From positions 3,658,001-3,722,000 of the forward strand of contig NC_088857.1 in the NCBI RefSeq assembly GCF_963853765.1: DNA of 64,000 bases, read 5' to 3'. Both the position numbers and the translations under genes were made by a program. Source of the DNA: Magallana gigas. Its lineage: Eukaryota. The notes beneath the pieces are model-generated. The model saw only the letters and a program-made list of their open reading frames with translations. It had not been told where the DNA came from and made no database searches. Positions 1-12,500 of the stretch are shown here, in pieces. The number at the start of each line of letters is the position of its first letter. Position 1 is the stretch's first letter.

Positions 1-62
1 AAACTAACCATCAGATCTGCCTGAAACTTTTTTAAAATTATGATATTTTTAGTCATAAACTA

Positions 63-488
63 TCATTTAGAAAAGACAAAATCCAAACATTTAAAATTTG
101 AACATTTTGCTATATTTTTATACAGAGCTCTTCGTCTAAAGGAGGTAAATGTAGTATATAGTGGATAAATGGGACGTGTTGATGTTTCTATAGAGCTATG
201 AATTAAATACAAGTTTTCGTATGTAATAGAGGGAATAATACTTGGTAGATGTATACATATAATTGTATGAAACAGCCATTTGTAGGTAATCGCAGAACCG
301 GTGTGGGCGACCGGAACCTTACCCGTGTCGTCGTCAGTCGCCGTCGGTTCGATGCCCACTGTCTTTGCCTGCTTCAGTTTCTTCTTACACTTACAGAAGA
401 CGATACAGGCGAACGTCGCCACAATGACGATGACAGAGATGGCCACCATAAAGATGATGCCAAGCATCCAGTCCCACCGACTAGACAT
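63..488 (-). CDS. Putative small single-pass membrane protein (TM exon 488-323; possible last exon 187-63); could be the 3' end of a larger receptor gene
   Basis: From ATG 488: MSSRWDWMLGIIFMVAISVIVIVATFACIVFCKCKKKLKQAK (hydrophobic helix, juxtamembrane Cys, basic stop-transfer). Donor G|GTAAGG after 323. An in-phase acceptor CTATAG| precedes 187. Upstream exons cannot be excluded. Confidence 0.45.
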   Translation of the reverse strand: MSSRWDWMLGIIFMVAISVIVIVATFACIVFCKCKKKLKQAKTVGIEPTATDDDTGKVPVAHTGSAITYKWLFHTIICIHLPSIIPSITYENLYLIHSSIETSTRPIYPLYTTFTSFRRRALYKNIAKCSNFKCLDFVFSK

Positions 489-1613
489 AGTCACAGACAC
501 AAACAGCTGAACACGACACGGTAGTGGCTGTCCGACGGGGTCCAAAGAAAAATTGTCATTTTATTTGTAAGATCGTGTTATAACATTTCCTCAGAAATTT
601 GGTTAGATGAGATTTGTTATAGTTACGTTGTTACATCAGGAGTTTGAACCTTGATGTCATTTATAGTAGAATAGATAGTTAAATCCACAGAAATATTAAA
701 CTAGGGGCTCGGTTGTAAATTCTCGTGCCGAATTGTATATTCTATCAGAATCGGAGGTATACATATCCAGTCCAAAGGAACAAAACAGTAACTGCTCCTT
801 AGGAAAGTGTCACGTCCCTTGGTAAAACAGTAAACCACAGCCAAAAGCCTGAGGGGCACAGAAACATCAGGATGTTCCTATAATCCTGATCATGGCCGAA
901 TGTGGACTAGCACGAGTTTACTAGGATTTAATAAAACACATCACATCCCAACAGTCGATTCATGATTTCATCTAATCACTAGCCAACTCGTTGTTCTATA
1001 GTAAAACTAATACAGTAAATCCCCAAGATATTTTAGTTTTCCAAATGTGTAACTTGGTTTTTGAACTTGCAGAGAAAACAATCTTTAAATTCAGATGTTG
1101 GGTCATAAGAACTGGAACGTATTAAAGATCTAAAGAGTTTTGATTTTTAACACGACAGCCTTTTGTTCTATATTTGTACATGAAGAGCATTAGGGTTTAT
1201 GAGGCGCAAATGTAAGAGGTTTATTGTGTATTTGACGTCTAAAGTTAGACCGTCGTATATATTGCTGTGGTACTTATAAAGATCCGCGCCTAAATACTGA
1301 CCATTAGGCGCATTAATCCGATTACTTCTGACCATGAGCTCAGTTACCACATTGATTTATTCCAACTTGATCTTAATAAACTTCAAAACTCGGTTTCAAG
1401 AGTACCTGGAAACTTTGACGTTATAATTTCTGCGACATCTTTTAACAAAATATGAGTTACTAATAACTTTTTTTCTGTCGAGGAGATTTTATAGGTTGGA
1501 TTATTTTTTACTGATATAAAAAATATAAGAAGCATTAACTCAGTTTATTTGTTTAATTTTCAATATAGGGTACCTTTCATTCACAAAGGAAAATATTCAA
1601 AGAAAGACAACAC

Positions 1614-1650
1614 AAATAAGAGGCCCGTGGGCCACGTCCCTCACCTTATA
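1614..1650 (-). mobile_element. 3' end fragment of a Helentron-type non-autonomous element (HINE)
   Basis: AAGAGGCCCGTGGGCCACGTCCCTCACCT is the reverse complement of the ...AGGTRAGCRATGTGGCCCATGGGCCTCTTGTT end seen at 33080-33112. Confidence 0.5.
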
Positions 1651-2003
1651 CATGTACCAACTTTGTTAGAATTTGACACAGCTCTGAACCAAAAAGCGTA
1701 CAACTTATAAAAGCAGGAATATGTTTTATTTTATACTTCATATTGATCTAAACCTAAACCATTCTCCCCATGGAACCTGAAAATTAATCTTGAATATTTA
1801 TTCAGTAATTTAATGTCCATTAAGTTAGTGTTAACTTATTTTTGGAGGCTTGAAATTATGCAAAATCCTTTTAAAAGATATTTCACCCAATCCGAGTTCT
1901 TTTTAAATCCTTAAACTTTATCCGGCCAATTTTGTCTGATTATTCATATTTATGCAATCTAAAAAAATATCTTTTCTTACATTATATTTTTTTTACTGTG
2001 TAG

Positions 2004-2148
2004 TAAGAATTTTTTACCTTCTACGAAGCAATCTAGAAAAATACTTTCCTTACATCATCGTTTTGTACGGTCTAATAAGAATTTTTTACCTTCTACGAAG
2101 CAATCTAGAAAAATACTTTTCTTACATCATCGTTTTGTACGGTCTAAT
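2004..2148. repeat. Two-copy 72-bp tandem repeat
   Basis: TAAGAATTTTTTACCTTCTACGAAGCAATCTAGAAAAATACT... starts at 2004 and at 2076. Confidence 0.85.
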
Positions 2149-2810
2149 CAGATTTTTTTTTCATTTTCTACACTGGGGTCTGGACAAAGAATACAAGTCA
2201 ATTCACATGGATCTTATCAGCTTTATCTGCACTTCTACTTATCAGATTTATATTCAGCTGATACTAGTATTCATAATATTTACAACACGATCATTCATTC
2301 TTAGTATATTTTTTTAATATTCTTAACTTATTTCTCATATATATTTTAGTAAATATACATGTAGGTTAAATCAAAAGTCACAATTTTTGAGTGTCTTTAT
2401 CCCAGGCCTCTATTACAATTTTTTTTCATAAAATACTTTTTTCAAAATTATTAATTCTTGCATGCATTTACTGTGTTTGCGAATAAAATAAGATATTGCA
2501 CCGTATATGATTTAGTAATGCTTTCGATTAATTACCGGGATTTTGAGCACAACACGTACAATGCCGATGCCCTTGTGTGCGACCTAAACAGGTGTCCTTT
2601 TTACCTATACGTAGAATCAAAAGTAAGTACTACCTATAAGATATATACACCCCCCCCCCCTCAATCTTCACAACAAACAAAAACTTAAGTCGAAACAAAA
2701 GTTTCTCAATTTAATAGAGGCTATTTACGGTAAAGAAATTTAATTTAATTTAAAAAGGGGGAGGGGCCGGGCGTACATTGTACTGTCGATAAAACAATAT
2801 TGTACTTTAT

Positions 2811-2821
2811 ACTTTCGTTTT
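2811..2821 (-). promoter_or_regulatory. IRF-binding element-like motif upstream of IFI44L copy 1
   Basis: ACTTTCGTTTT (reverse complement AAAACGAAAGT) ~90 nt before the ATG; also present before copies 2 and 3. Confidence 0.5.
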
Positions 2822-2902
2822 AACACCAACGTACTGAAGCTGTCCACGTGTTTTTATTTTCTCTTTGTTTCTATAGAACTTTTAATTATCGTACATTCTC
2901 TA

Positions 2903-5639
2903 ATGATGGCCGGTCTGCTGCAGAAAGAAGATTTCGATGAGCTGTTAAAATGGATTGGGGGACGGAGGAAGTTCCGACTGTTGTACAAGATCACCAGGGA
3001 CGGATGTTCGGCGCCCACCTTCCACTCCAAGTGTGACGGCAAGGGAATGTCCGTCACGGTGCTCAGTAACCCCAGCGACACGGTGTACGGGGGATTCACC
3101 TCCCAGAGTTGGACCAGCGCCGGGGCGTACGTCCCGGACCCCAAGGCTTTTCTGTTTCAACTCAAGTTCAACGGAAAATCGTCTTACAAACAATTCGCAA
3201 TAAAACCTGAAAAAATCGCTTATGCAGTTTACTGTCATTCGAAATATGGCCCAACATTCGGAGATGGTTATGACCTTTTTACATTTTCAGGAAATTTGAC
3301 AGCGTGTAACGGTGAATTTAAATTTGAAAAAGGATGTTCTCTCGACAACACCTACAACATGAAAGGAACAGACTACAGTGCGTTTGCCAATGGGAACTTG
3401 CAAGTAAAAGAAATGGAGGTTTACCAAGTGGATGGTAAACTTTCTTATAAACGAAATACATTGTATTATTCATACGTATATTTTTCTGATTATCTTAAAC
3501 AAATAGTCACTTAAGAAGTCCAATAATAATTTAATTTTTTAAACTACAGATTGCGACATGAATGATCCTCTAGAAATTCCATGGAGAAGAACTCCAGAGT
3601 GGACAACAAGGGTATGGTATGATTACAGACACAAGCCTTAGACAATGCTTTCATCGGTTGTTCATGTTGTTAAGATATTAGATCATTCATTATCTACTGT
3701 AGATATTTGAATAAACTTTGTTACTTGATAAACTGGACACTGCTGAAATGTGCTTTAATTGAAATACGTTTTAAAGAAGTTCAACTTTTCGAGGAATATG
3801 TATATTTACCTGGGATTTTTAAAAAATCAAAACAGGTGATATTGTGATTGATTTGTCAGTAGCTGATACACAATCGGAGACCTCACTAACAAAGCTTCTT
3901 TGGGACCTTATTTTTTTTTTTACTTCGTTTGACTTTTAGAATATAAAACAGATTAGCATTTTGTCTAACTTTTAAGGAGAATATATATTTCATTCCACCA
4001 ACTAAGCTTATTTGGTATGTTTCAGCTGATGCAAGAGCTGAAGGAGGAAATAGAAAACTACAAGCCCCTGGAACAGCTCAAGATCCAGCAGACGAAGATC
4101 CTGTTGATTGGTCAGATCGGGGCGGGAAAGTCCAGCTTCTTTAACACAATCAACTCCATCTTCCGGGGCTACGTCACAAGTCAGGCGTGCAGCGGTACAG
4201 CTGAACACAGTCTGACCACACAGGTAATGCCAGTTCTTCTTCTAACCAAAGAGCTGGAAGAGCTAGGGGAAACCATGATGAAATTTGAGTGAAAAAAAAT
4301 AATCACATATACTGTAATGTATAACTAGAGATAGCAACAAATAGCGACGTACCGGTATAATAGCCATGTATAATTTATCCCTCTGACGATCAATTACAAA
4401 TAAATTGTTCAGCATGAACTCAAACAATAAATGCAATTAAAGCAAATCACCTTCACTAGATGTTCACTGACCATTGTTCCTTTCCTTTGGTACGTACTTC
4501 ACCTGGCAATTTGCTTTTTTTGACAGTATCGGTCCTACCAAGTTAGAAATGGTCCATCTCGGAAGCCTCTCAACTTCCGGTTGTGTGATACACGTGGTCT
4601 GGAGGAGGGGCAGGGAATTGAAGCCCAGGATGTGTGTTATATCTTGGATGGCCATACCCCAGACAAATATGTGGTAAGTTGTTGCTGAAAAACATTAGGT
4701 TTAAAAGTCCATACAAAGCTCAGCAAGTTATTGAATGTCTATGGAAATTTGTTTTTGCCTCGGAACAGAATGAGGTGCAACGGTATTGATAAATAAAACG
4801 CGTCAAGTGATGGCCGTCTAGTTGTCGTAAGGGCGGCCATAAAAACCGGTTTTTATTATTTGTATATAGTATGTTCATTGTACATGTATTTTAATATATT
4901 AACAAACCAAACCTTTTAGCGTCAAAAGAACAAAACACACTGCCTGTATGCAGAAATATGTCGGGTTGTCAGCTTCGCCTTGCCTTCCCTTTTTACTCAG
5001 TTCAACCCGTCGCTCTCACTGAGCTCAGATATCCCAGGATTCATCAAGGCCCCAAAACTGAAAGACCGGATTCACTGTGTGGCATTTGTTCTTGACGCTT
5101 CCTCTGTTGACGTCATGTCAGAGAAAATGCTGGAGAAAATCAGAGAGCTACAAACAGCAATGAACCAAAGAGGTAATCAAGTTCAACTTTGGTCATCATG
5201 TTTGTTGTCTCTGGACAGAGTATAAAAATTCATGTGGGATTTATTGAGTACTCCTCTTACGGAATGTTACAAACAATCTTGAAGGTAATTTAGAACAACT
5301 TGATTTGAATAACGGTATTTTATTTTTATTTTCACAGGTCTTCCTCAAGTTGTTCTACTGACTAAGATTGATAAGATATGCGCGTCTGTGCAAGATGACG
5401 TACGACTGACGTACTACATCCCCACAGTCCAAGAGCACGTGGATAAAGTGGCGGAGATGATTGGTCTTCCTAAATCACACGTGATCCCCGTTAAGAACTA
5501 CGAGAGCGAGCGAGAACTCAACGACAACATCAACATACTGAATCTGCTGGCCATGCAGCAGATTCTGCACTTTGCAGACGACTACCTGTACAATTACCTT
5601 GACGACCTGGACGACGAACAAATAGGCACTGCCGACTAG
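2903..5639 (+). CDS. IFI44L: Interferon-induced protein 44-like (TLDc + P-loop NTPase-like domain), copy 1, ~469-470 aa
   Basis: Exons 2903/2906-3434, 3550-3611, 4026-4223, 4527-4673, 5001-5172, 5338-5639; all GT-AG and in frame. TLDc motifs LLYKITRDG..FHSKCDG, YGGFTSQSW, YGPTFG, EMEVYQV; P-loop GQIGAGKSS; LCDTRGLE; IHCVAFV; LLTKID; IPVKNY. Confidence 0.93.
4750..4815 (+). mobile_element. Truncated relative of the 40805-41154 hairpin-ended element
   Basis: TTTTGCCTCGGAACAGAATG...AAACGCGTCAAGTG resembles TTTTGCCTCGGACTAGAATG...AAACGCGTCACGTG at 40819-40871. Confidence 0.4.
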
Positions 5640-5944
5640 GCGGAACAAGTTCTGGCGTCATTGTTAATACATAACGTTAGGCAATTAATAATGTTTCTAA
5701 CGAACTGTTTCAGGTTGCATACATTTCACATAACGTGTTAATAAAAGTTGATATCTACATTGTAGCCTAGGAATTGTGGTGACATTTTTTTTTAAAGAAC
5801 TTGATTTAATTTAAAATTTGCAGTTTACTGCATACACTATCATATAATTATAAATCTAATGTTATACGTATTATACTAAACAATACCTTTGAAAATTATA
5901 AGGATAGGATTTGCATAAATGCTGATGAGATTTTAACGTAAACA

Positions 5945-6893
5945 CGCGGGGGTGTTAAGGAAGCATATGGGCAATTTAGCGTCTTATTTTGACTGTTTTA
6001 TTCAAAATCGTGAAATTAAAGAATTATTTTGAATAAGATCAAAAACTTAGTATTATCCTTTAAAATAGATGTCAGTGCAATAAAATCGGGTAGTACATCA
6101 CTGCCACATTGGTACATTATCACGTGACGACTATAAATAGCTTACGTGTATTCCTTAACATAAAATGTGATAGAACAACACTACCCCGCGGTTTCCAAAA
6201 TAAAATAAGCATACATAGTGAAAGCAAAACATCTCAGTTTAATCAAAATTGCTGCTAGAATCCTATGCTTGTCCTAATTAAAAAGTTATTTATCCGGTTC
6301 TAGTAAAACCTTCCCAACTTTTATATAGTTTGCACGGAAAACGGCAAATTGCATCAATTCAACACACAACATGGGATTCTAGCAGCACTTTTCAATATAA
6401 GCATTGATCAAACTAACGATACGTATAAAATTTCAAGTTCAATATATACGGGGTAGTGTTGTTCTGGTCGGATTTTTACATCGTAAACAACGACAGAGGA
6501 AAGCCTGGCTGAGAAATAAAAGCAAATTTACATACCTTTTAGCGAATGATTGATAAAACTAACATCTCCCCCAGTATTCTTATGTTCAATTCTCAATAAC
6601 TCACACCACAATTCTTTATTAGAGTTCTTAGATTAGTTATATTTTGAATATGTTTACAATGCTTTCCGATCAAATTCACACGACATTCAACTTTTAGTCA
6701 TGACGTCATCAATGTGTAAATCTACGTAACACAAACTAATTTCTGGAAGAAAAATTGTCTTCAGTATTTTTTATTTCTTTTTGCTCTACGTTTCGTTGCT
6801 TAGATATTTGAATATGTACATAATGATTAAGATTTGTGATTTCACGGAATTACATGCAACTCAGATTCCATATGCTTCCTTAACACCCCCGCG
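5945..6893. mobile_element. Non-autonomous DNA transposon (MITE-like) with 26-bp TIRs
   Basis: CGCGGGGGTGTTAAGGAAGCATATGG at 5945-5970 and its exact reverse complement at 6868-6893; no coding capacity inside. Confidence 0.75.
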
Positions 6894-9420
6894 CAATAAA
6901 CAAGTTATTGATTATTCATATATGGGGAATGAACGTACAAACAAGGAAAATGGATTACTGTAAATATGCTTCATTATCTGGACATGATATTCCTGTTAAC
7001 CGCGTCCGTTTTACAAAAATAAACTTTTAGACTCGATCTCTTCCAAGTGTAACGCGCCTGTGAAGGTATCTACCAGTGTAGATAGCTGCTGCTTTTGTTC
7101 CTCGATCAGTCGAGAGACACTTCATCCAAAAAGTTGTTATGCATCCGTTTGTAGCCATGATCATAATGTTGTCTCGTTTTTAGATTCATTCAGAATAAAC
7201 AAACATAAGAATAACAATATAATCCCATACACCAAAATAATTAAATTTTCACATCAGCCATAATTGGTTTTTAGATATAATACCCAGTATTAGAGAATAT
7301 TACAGCGCTGAAAATCCGAACTAAAACTAGACAAACCTTTTTATTTCACTTCATTTTAACGTTTTGCGTTACAATAAATCTATTTCTAACATGTAGGCCT
7401 ATTTGTAATTTAGGAGTTCGCGCATAATGGAAATTGAAAAACGATGCATATTATCGCAAAAGTAACGTGCCGCAAGCATTTGCGTTTATTCTCAAAGGTT
7501 CGCGTTTGTTGTTTAATTTACGAACGATTCGAATATAACGGAAATTTACGACTGAATTTGATTAGAAGCAACTCAATTAAAAATAAAACAACTCCTAAAA
7601 AATTTAAAATCTTATCCAATTTTCAAATTTAATTTATTATGTCATTGTGTATTCATACATTTTGTAGCTGAAATGTTTCGTAATTGTGTTGGGTAAATGA
7701 CGAATAAAATCAGTCTATGTGTTCATGTGAATTTTGGAGGTATAGTCCAACCCTTTGACCCAATTACAACCGTCATATAGTTGGTTGTACAGAATTTTGT
7801 AGTTAAAGATAACCACAATGTATGCTTACGATGTATACAAGGTTTTAAGAAGTGCCGACTTGGCGAGTCAGCGCGTGATCAAAAGAACGGTGTAATGACT
7901 ACAAACGGGATAAAAAAACAACTCACAGTAATAGTTTATTTCACACCCTAGCACATAAATTATCTATAATAATAGTGAAATCGTGGAAAAACATTAATTA
8001 ATTCACTTTAGTGGCGTCGTCATCGGAAACAGAATTGACCAACTTTGACAACAAATAAAATTTGATTTGCCCAACGAACGTATATTTTTGCCAAATACAT
8101 TCTGTTGAAACATGTCTTATAAAGCATTTAAACGTATTTTCAGACCTGCATATGAATAATCCGCTTTGCACGATCAATTTTCCTGAGTGCCCTGTTTTCA
8201 CGTAAAAATGTGATATTTTGATTAACTGCGCATGCACCGAACTCCTTTTTCGGAGTATTTTTACCTTTGAGAAATCACTTCCGTTTACTCCGTTTTCGGA
8301 GTCCGCCCCGACTGATAACTGAAAACATTATTATTTTATCACTAACTTGGCAGAGTTATTAAGTAATTACAAGTTACCAACTAGAACCATTTTAACAAGA
8401 GCTTGGACTTTGGGTAGTTGTGTCAAACAGCAATGTGACGTAGGCATGGTAGGCCTGTCTATTTCATTGCTGGCCACTCAGCCTCTGCTCTTTGAAATCA
8501 ACAAGATTTGTCTGGCTTTTGAGGCAAGTCTACGCAAACGGTGCATATTTCTCTTGTAACTGGATCATTTTTAACTTGTCTTGACGCAAGAAATAGATAG
8601 CTACGTCCAACCGAAAGTCCAAGGTCTTGTTATAATAGTTCTAATTGTAATATCAGCACCTAAAGATTTAAACATCAGTTGTAATTTTCAGTACACAGTA
8701 TGTGGTTGCATCAACCGTATTTATAACCTCTGAAGATAAGACAGTCGCTAGTTATTAATCACAACAGGGGTTATCTCAGGTTATGAAAATGTCTTTTGAA
8801 TTAGATGATTATCATTTTATTGCATTTGGAGTTAACTTTCACGATCGTGAACTCAGAATACAGGGCAACTTCAACCTCTCTTTCTGATGAAATTCTGGCG
8901 AAGTTACCGACCACAAAGCGAGTAATTATATTTACATAAAGTTGTATTTAGCCCAGGTATCACCCTAGGTTGGTCACTGGGTAGATGTTTCAGATAAAAT
9001 AACGTTTTTCACTGACAGAGACAAGCATTTGTTCTGAGCATTTGTTTACATAGATTCCATAATAGAGAAAACCGATAATGATAAGATATAAAGAATCCGG
9101 AAAAATAACGATAAAAAAGTTTGATGCGGCGATGATTTTACTGATGCAGCGGTGCCTGAGAAACAAATCATTACTTTTTTTTGGCCTAATTTTTCGCCTG
9201 GGCTCGCGAATTGTACGCGTTTAATCGGAAAGGTTTTGCGATATATATTTTGAAAAAAAATTTCTTTTAATCTCTTTATAAATATGAACGCAGCATTTTA
9301 TACTTTTAGCCTGATGGACCATCAATAAGGGAAGAATTGGAGGACATATTCTTGGAATTATGTTTGATTCTGTAGCCTACATATTTTTTTAAATCATGGT
9401 GGGTCTATACCAAAAATTGT

Positions 9421-9490
9421 ACTTTCGTTTTAACGCCAGGCGTACATTGTACTGTCGATAAAACAATATTGTACTTTATACTTTCGTTTT
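9421..9490 (-). promoter_or_regulatory. Two IRF-element-like motifs upstream of IFI44L copy 2
   Basis: ACTTTCGTTTT at 9421-9431 and 9480-9490. Confidence 0.5.
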
Positions 9491-9574
9491 AACACCAACG
9501 TACTGAAGCTGTCCACGTGTTTTTATTTTCTCTTTGTTTTTATAGAACTTTTAATTATCGTACGTTCTTTAATT

Positions 9575-12500
9575 ATGGCCGGTCTGCTGCAGAAAGAGGA
9601 TTTCGATGAGCTGTTAAAATGGATTGGGGGACGGAGGAAGTTCCGACTGTTGTACAAGATCACCAGGGACGGATGTTCGGCGCCCACCTTCCACTCCAAG
9701 TGTGACGGCAAGGGAATGACCGTCACAGTGCTCTGTAACCCCAGCGACACGGTGTACGGGGGGTTCACCTCCCAGAGTTGGACCAGCGCCGGGGCGTACG
9801 TCCCGGACCCAAAGGCTTTTCTGTTTCAACTGAAGTTCAACGGAAAATCGTCTTATAACCAGTTCCCGATAAAAACCGAACAAATTGCCAAAGCTGTTTA
9901 CTGTCATCCGGGGTATGGCCCAACATTCGGAGGTGGTCATGATCTTTGCACATTCGGCAATGGTAATTTGACGGCTAGTAACGGGGTGTTTACCTTTGAT
10001 GGTGGATGTACCCTCAATAATACCTACAACATGAAAGGAACAGACTACAATGCGTTTGCCAATGGGAACTTGCAAGTAAAAGAAATGGAGGTTTACCAAG
10101 TGGATGGTGAGCTTAGCTTTCTCATATATACGAACTATTACATTTTTTCTGTCCAATTTATTCATTTTAGAATTTTGATATAAAATAATCATTTTTTAAC
10201 CCTCAGATTGCGACATGAACGATCCTTTAGAAATTCCCTGGAGAAGAACCCCAGAATGGACAACAAGGGTATGGTGATTGTATTATTACATAAATTTTAG
10301 TTCTTTGAAAATACTCACTTTATGAACTTACACTGCCACTGACTGCTATCATCATTTATAAATGATGATAAATCCGTTTTAAAAAGGTCAAGCAATTTAT
10401 TTAGTCTAACGCGGAAAAATTAATTGAAACCATTGAAATTGTGATTTGGTTTGATAGCAGCTATATGAACACAATAGGATTCTATAAGAAATAGAGGAGA
10501 AAATGCTTAGTGAAGACAGTTTTTTTATTAAATATACTTTAGCGAAACTTTATTTGGCTTTTAGAGTACGATAATTAAGCATTTACGCTAAGCTTATTCG
10601 GTATGTTTCAGCTGATGCAAGAGCTGAAAGAGGAAATAGAAAACTACAAGCCCCTGGAACAGCTCAAGATCCAGCAGACGAAGATCCTGTTGATTGGTCA
10701 GATCGGGGCGGGAAAGTCCAGCTTCTTTAACACGATCAACTCCATCTTCCGGGGCTACGTCACAAGTCAGGCGTGCAGCGGTACAGCGGAACACAGTCTG
10801 ACCACACAGGTAAATATAGACACCTCACAGTATGTCTATTCCTGTAATCAAGGATTGCAAATAAAACAAAATATATTGTATTATTCAATGCATTCTAAAT
10901 GTTCTACGTACACATGAAAATAATTATCAGCAGAAATCTAAACAAACGAATACAAACAATATTTTTTCCCACTTCTACAAGTGTTTCTATACGTTTACAC
11001 AAACTCCTATTTCTTTTTCGACAGTATCGGTCGTACCAGGTTAGGAATGGTCCCTCTGGCAAACCTCTTAACTTCCGGTTGTGTGATACACGTGGTCTAG
11101 AGGAGGGACAGGGAATTGAAGCCCAGGATGTGTGTTATATCTTGGATGGCAATACCCCAGACAAATACGTGGTTAGTTGTTACAGGAATAAGTCACATAA
11201 AAACTTGATAAATATATACTAACAAATAGGTTTCTAAATTTTCTAAATTTCACTGTTGTAAATAAACATGTAACACTGTGCCGGATAATTATGCCTGTGC
11301 CAAGGTGGCATTTTTGCACCCGCTTAAGATGCAGTTTCGGAAAAATCCATGCATACCAAATGATAGACCATTGTCTAGAGAGTATATATAACCACTTTTG
11401 TTTTTAGTGTGTTTCACCTGACAGGGGAGATATTTACCTTTAAAAATTAATATCCCATCGGAAAATGATAATTTCCATAGGAGAATTGACTCTCCTACAG
11501 GAAATATTGACAATCCTATAGGATTTTTTAAAAGTCCTGTAGGAATTATACTTCCTATAGGAGAATGGTAATTCCTGTAGGAATTTGATTCAGACATGTA
11601 GTTTTCCTATAGGATATTAAATTTTCCGATCGGATTTTATCAAATCCTATCGGAATTAAAATTCCTATAGGAAGTTCTTGTATTCCGATAGGAAATTTCA
11701 AATTACCTATAGGAATATTGATTTTCCTATGGAAAAAATTATTTTCTTAAAGGAATTTATTTTTGAAAGGTAAATATCTTACCTGGCAGGTGAGATACAC
11801 TGATAACAAAGCTGGTTGAACTCTGTAAGCACTGGTCTATCATATGTCATATTTGAATTTTTCGATATATGCAGCTTAAGCAGGTGCAAAAATGCCACCT
11901 AGGCACTGGCATAGTTATCCGGCACAGTGTTATGTATATTACCTCAACTGAAGACGTCAAAATAAAACTGAAATAAATACCCAGAAGAAATGATTATCCA
12001 CATGTATAATACGACTTTTTCATTTGATAAAAGCATTTAGCAAGGAGTTCGATTTAGGCAGTAGGGGAGCAAAGAGATATTTAATTTCGTTCTAAAATTG
12101 CAGGTTGATATCCTGCATGAATACTTATAAACCTTTTCCAAGATCTGTTTTCAAGACTTGATATACATATATAATAAATATTGCATATTATATGTAATAA
12201 GAGCGATCTTGTAGTAAACTAAATAAATATATTAAAGCATTGAATCATGATTTTTTGAAGTATACACTCTCATAACTACCGCGGTGTGTGCATACAAATT
12301 GAGTAACGCGCGTTAGCGCGTTATGAAAATTTGTATGCACACACCGCGGCAGTTATGAGAGTGTATACTTCAAAAAATCATGATTTAATGCTTATATTTA
12401 CATTTTTTAACTTCTTGCCTTGTCTGCAAATGTGAATTATACCTTAAAATTCCGATCTTATCCTAAGGGTAAGTTAATATTAATGGAAGAGCCACAGTAA

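Noticed and set aside
1952-2317. 121-aa hydrophobic ORF with an internal repeat
   Set aside because: Arises from a 72-bp tandem duplication in AT-rich DNA; no domain or splice support.
9614-10192. 192-aa antisense ORF, and similar antisense ORFs over IFI44L, Ku80 and ADAR exons
   Set aside because: Shadow frames of GC-richer coding exons; not preserved intact across the three paralogs.
11452-11755. CRISPR-like array of palindromic repeats with spacers
   Set aside because: Repeats are only 10 bp and degenerate, spacers ~10 bp, all inside a eukaryotic MITE, and there are no cas genes.
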